Of a DNA stretch of 64,000 nt, positions 62,925-64,000 are shown piece by piece; the stretch's first letter is position 1, and each line of letters begins with the position of its first letter. Source of the DNA: an uncultured Gammaproteobacteria bacterium. GTDB taxonomy: Bacteria > Patescibacteriota > Microgenomatia > UBA12405. The position numbers and the translations under genes are program-made. Under the pieces are notes generated by a model. That model ran no database searches. It saw only the letters and a program-made list of their open reading frames with translations, and was not told where the DNA came from. The stretch lies in assembly GCA_964503465.1 (NCBI GenBank), contig CAZCYZ010000002.1, positions 6,995-70,994 of the forward strand. The letters run 5' to 3'.

Positions 62925-63182
62925 CTATTTGACAATTTTTTTGGACTTTTTGACTGGTTTCTTCTTGGCTTGATAGCTTTTGCCCTTAGCAACTTTTTCT
63001 TGGAATTTTTCGATTCTTCCCTTGGTATCAACAAATTTTTGCTGACCGGTAAAGAAGGGGTGGCATTTGCTGCAAACCTCAACGTCAATTTTTTCCAAGG
63101 TTGAGCCGGTGGTAAATTTGTTGCCACAGGCGCAGGTGACTTGGCAATTGTCAAAATATTGCGGGTGAATATTGGTTTTCAT
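62925..63182 (-). CDS. rpmE: 50S ribosomal protein L31
   Basis: [38 protein letters not shown]. Confidence 0.97.
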   Translation of the reverse strand: MKTNIHPQYFDNCQVTCACGNKFTTGSTLEKIDVEVCSKCHPFFTGQQKFVDTKGRIEKFQEKVAKGKSYQAKKKPVKKSKKIVK

Positions 63183-63196
63183 AAGGATAGATTATA

Positions 63197-63475
63197 TCAT
63201 TTTTTGGGTCTCGATGGTGTCATGGGTCCAGCATAGGGGACACGTATTCCTGAGTGTTGTGGTCGTCTGGTTGTTCTTGGTTTGTAGGTTTGACGTGTCA
63301 GCACTGTTTCCCAGCCGGTACTTTGCTGAAGAGTATCCAGGGCGATTAGGTCCTCTGGTGATAATTGGCTAGCAAGGTTGTGGCGAATGTTGCCGATATC
63401 GCTTTTGAATGAAACCTCCAGCCCGTGACCGCGAAGTATGTTTTGGGCTTGTTCGACGGTTAGGGGTTTGGCCAT
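63197..63475 (-). CDS. Hypothetical protein
   Basis: 92-aa ATG ORF between hisS and rpmE. Confidence 0.55.
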   Translation of the reverse strand: MAKPLTVEQAQNILRGHGLEVSFKSDIGNIRHNLASQLSPEDLIALDTLQQSTGWETVLTRQTYKPRTTRRPQHSGIRVPYAGPMTPSRPKK

Positions 63476-64000
63476 AGTTTGATTATGTCTTGTTGGTCGA
63501 GTAATTGTTGTTCACCAGTAGTCATGTCTTTGAGGGTTATTTTGTTTTGTGCAAGTTCGTCGGGGCCGAGGACGGCAACAAAAGGAATACCCTTATCACT
63601 GGCATATTTAAATTGTTTGCCAAGTTTGTCGGCGGTGGGGTAGAGGAGAGTGGTAATGTTTTGAGAGCGAAGGTTCGAGGCTAGTTTTAAGAGTGGTGGT
63701 TCATCACCAAAGTTGGCGATCATTATTTTAGTAGTGGTTTTGGAAAGATTAGGAAGAAGATTTAGGTCTTGGATGCAATCAACGATGCGGTCCAGGCCGA
63801 TAGTGGTGCCGACGGCAGGAATGTCGGGGCCACCTAGAGTTTTGACTAGATTGTCATAGCGACCACCACCGGTGATGGAACCAATTTTTGGCTCTTCGAC
63901 ATAAGTTTCAAAAATAGGACCAGTGTAATAATTAAGTCCTCGAACCATAGTGGGGTCAAAAAGATAAACATCTTTGGGGATAGCAAAACTGTCAAGAAGG
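63460..64000 (-). CDS. hisS: Histidine--tRNA ligase (3' part, runs off window end)
   Basis: VRGLNYYTG.IFE, GGGRYDNL, PAVG..IGLDRI, KLGKQFKYA, anticodon-binding domain. Confidence 0.95.
   Translation of the reverse strand, partial: LLDSFAIPKDVYLFDPTMVRGLNYYTGPIFETYVEEPKIGSITGGGRYDNLVKTLGGPDIPAVGTTIGLDRIVDCIQDLNLLPNLSKTTTKIMIANFGDEPPLLKLASNLRSQNITTLLYPTADKLGKQFKYASDKGIPFVAVLGPDELAQNKITLKDMTTGEQQLLDQQDIIKLWPNP

Overview
Window from a reduced bacterial genome with the hallmarks of Patescibacteria/CPR, most like Microgenomates. This assignment is inferred from gene content and style, not from a marker search. It uses the standard code, genes are packed tightly, the + strand is strongly G-rich whichever strand is coding, and many starts look leaderless (a -10 box 5-8 nt before the start codon). 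Most of the window is housekeeping: rpmG, hpf, three tRNAs, iscS/iscU, rpmB, fmt/def, mreB/mrdA, topA, rpsB-tsf-frr, rseP, rpsU, dnaX-ybaB-recR, cysK-cysS, rpsF-ssb-rpsR, ctpA, htrA, prfA, rpmE, hisS. The most striking features are: (1) a compositionally distinct four-gene operon at 30759-34831 (two polytopic membrane proteins, a lipoprotein, and an SLT+M23 peptidoglycan hydrolase) with strong Shine-Dalgarno sites, preceded by a promoter, leader peptide, terminator and structured leader, and followed by ~270 nt of hairpins and a canonical type III hammerhead ribozyme (35107-35164); (2) a trp-style 1:2/2:3/3:4 attenuator with a Cys-rich leader peptide (MKISKYFELICCTSC) upstream of cysK-cysS; (3) a five-gene cohesin/dockerin/LPXTG surface-scaffold cluster that includes a ~1630-aa Cys-rich repeat protein; (4) several families of palindromic DNA elements found both between genes and in frame inside proteins; (5) an RF1 lacking domain 1 and a YbeY lacking its metal-binding tail.
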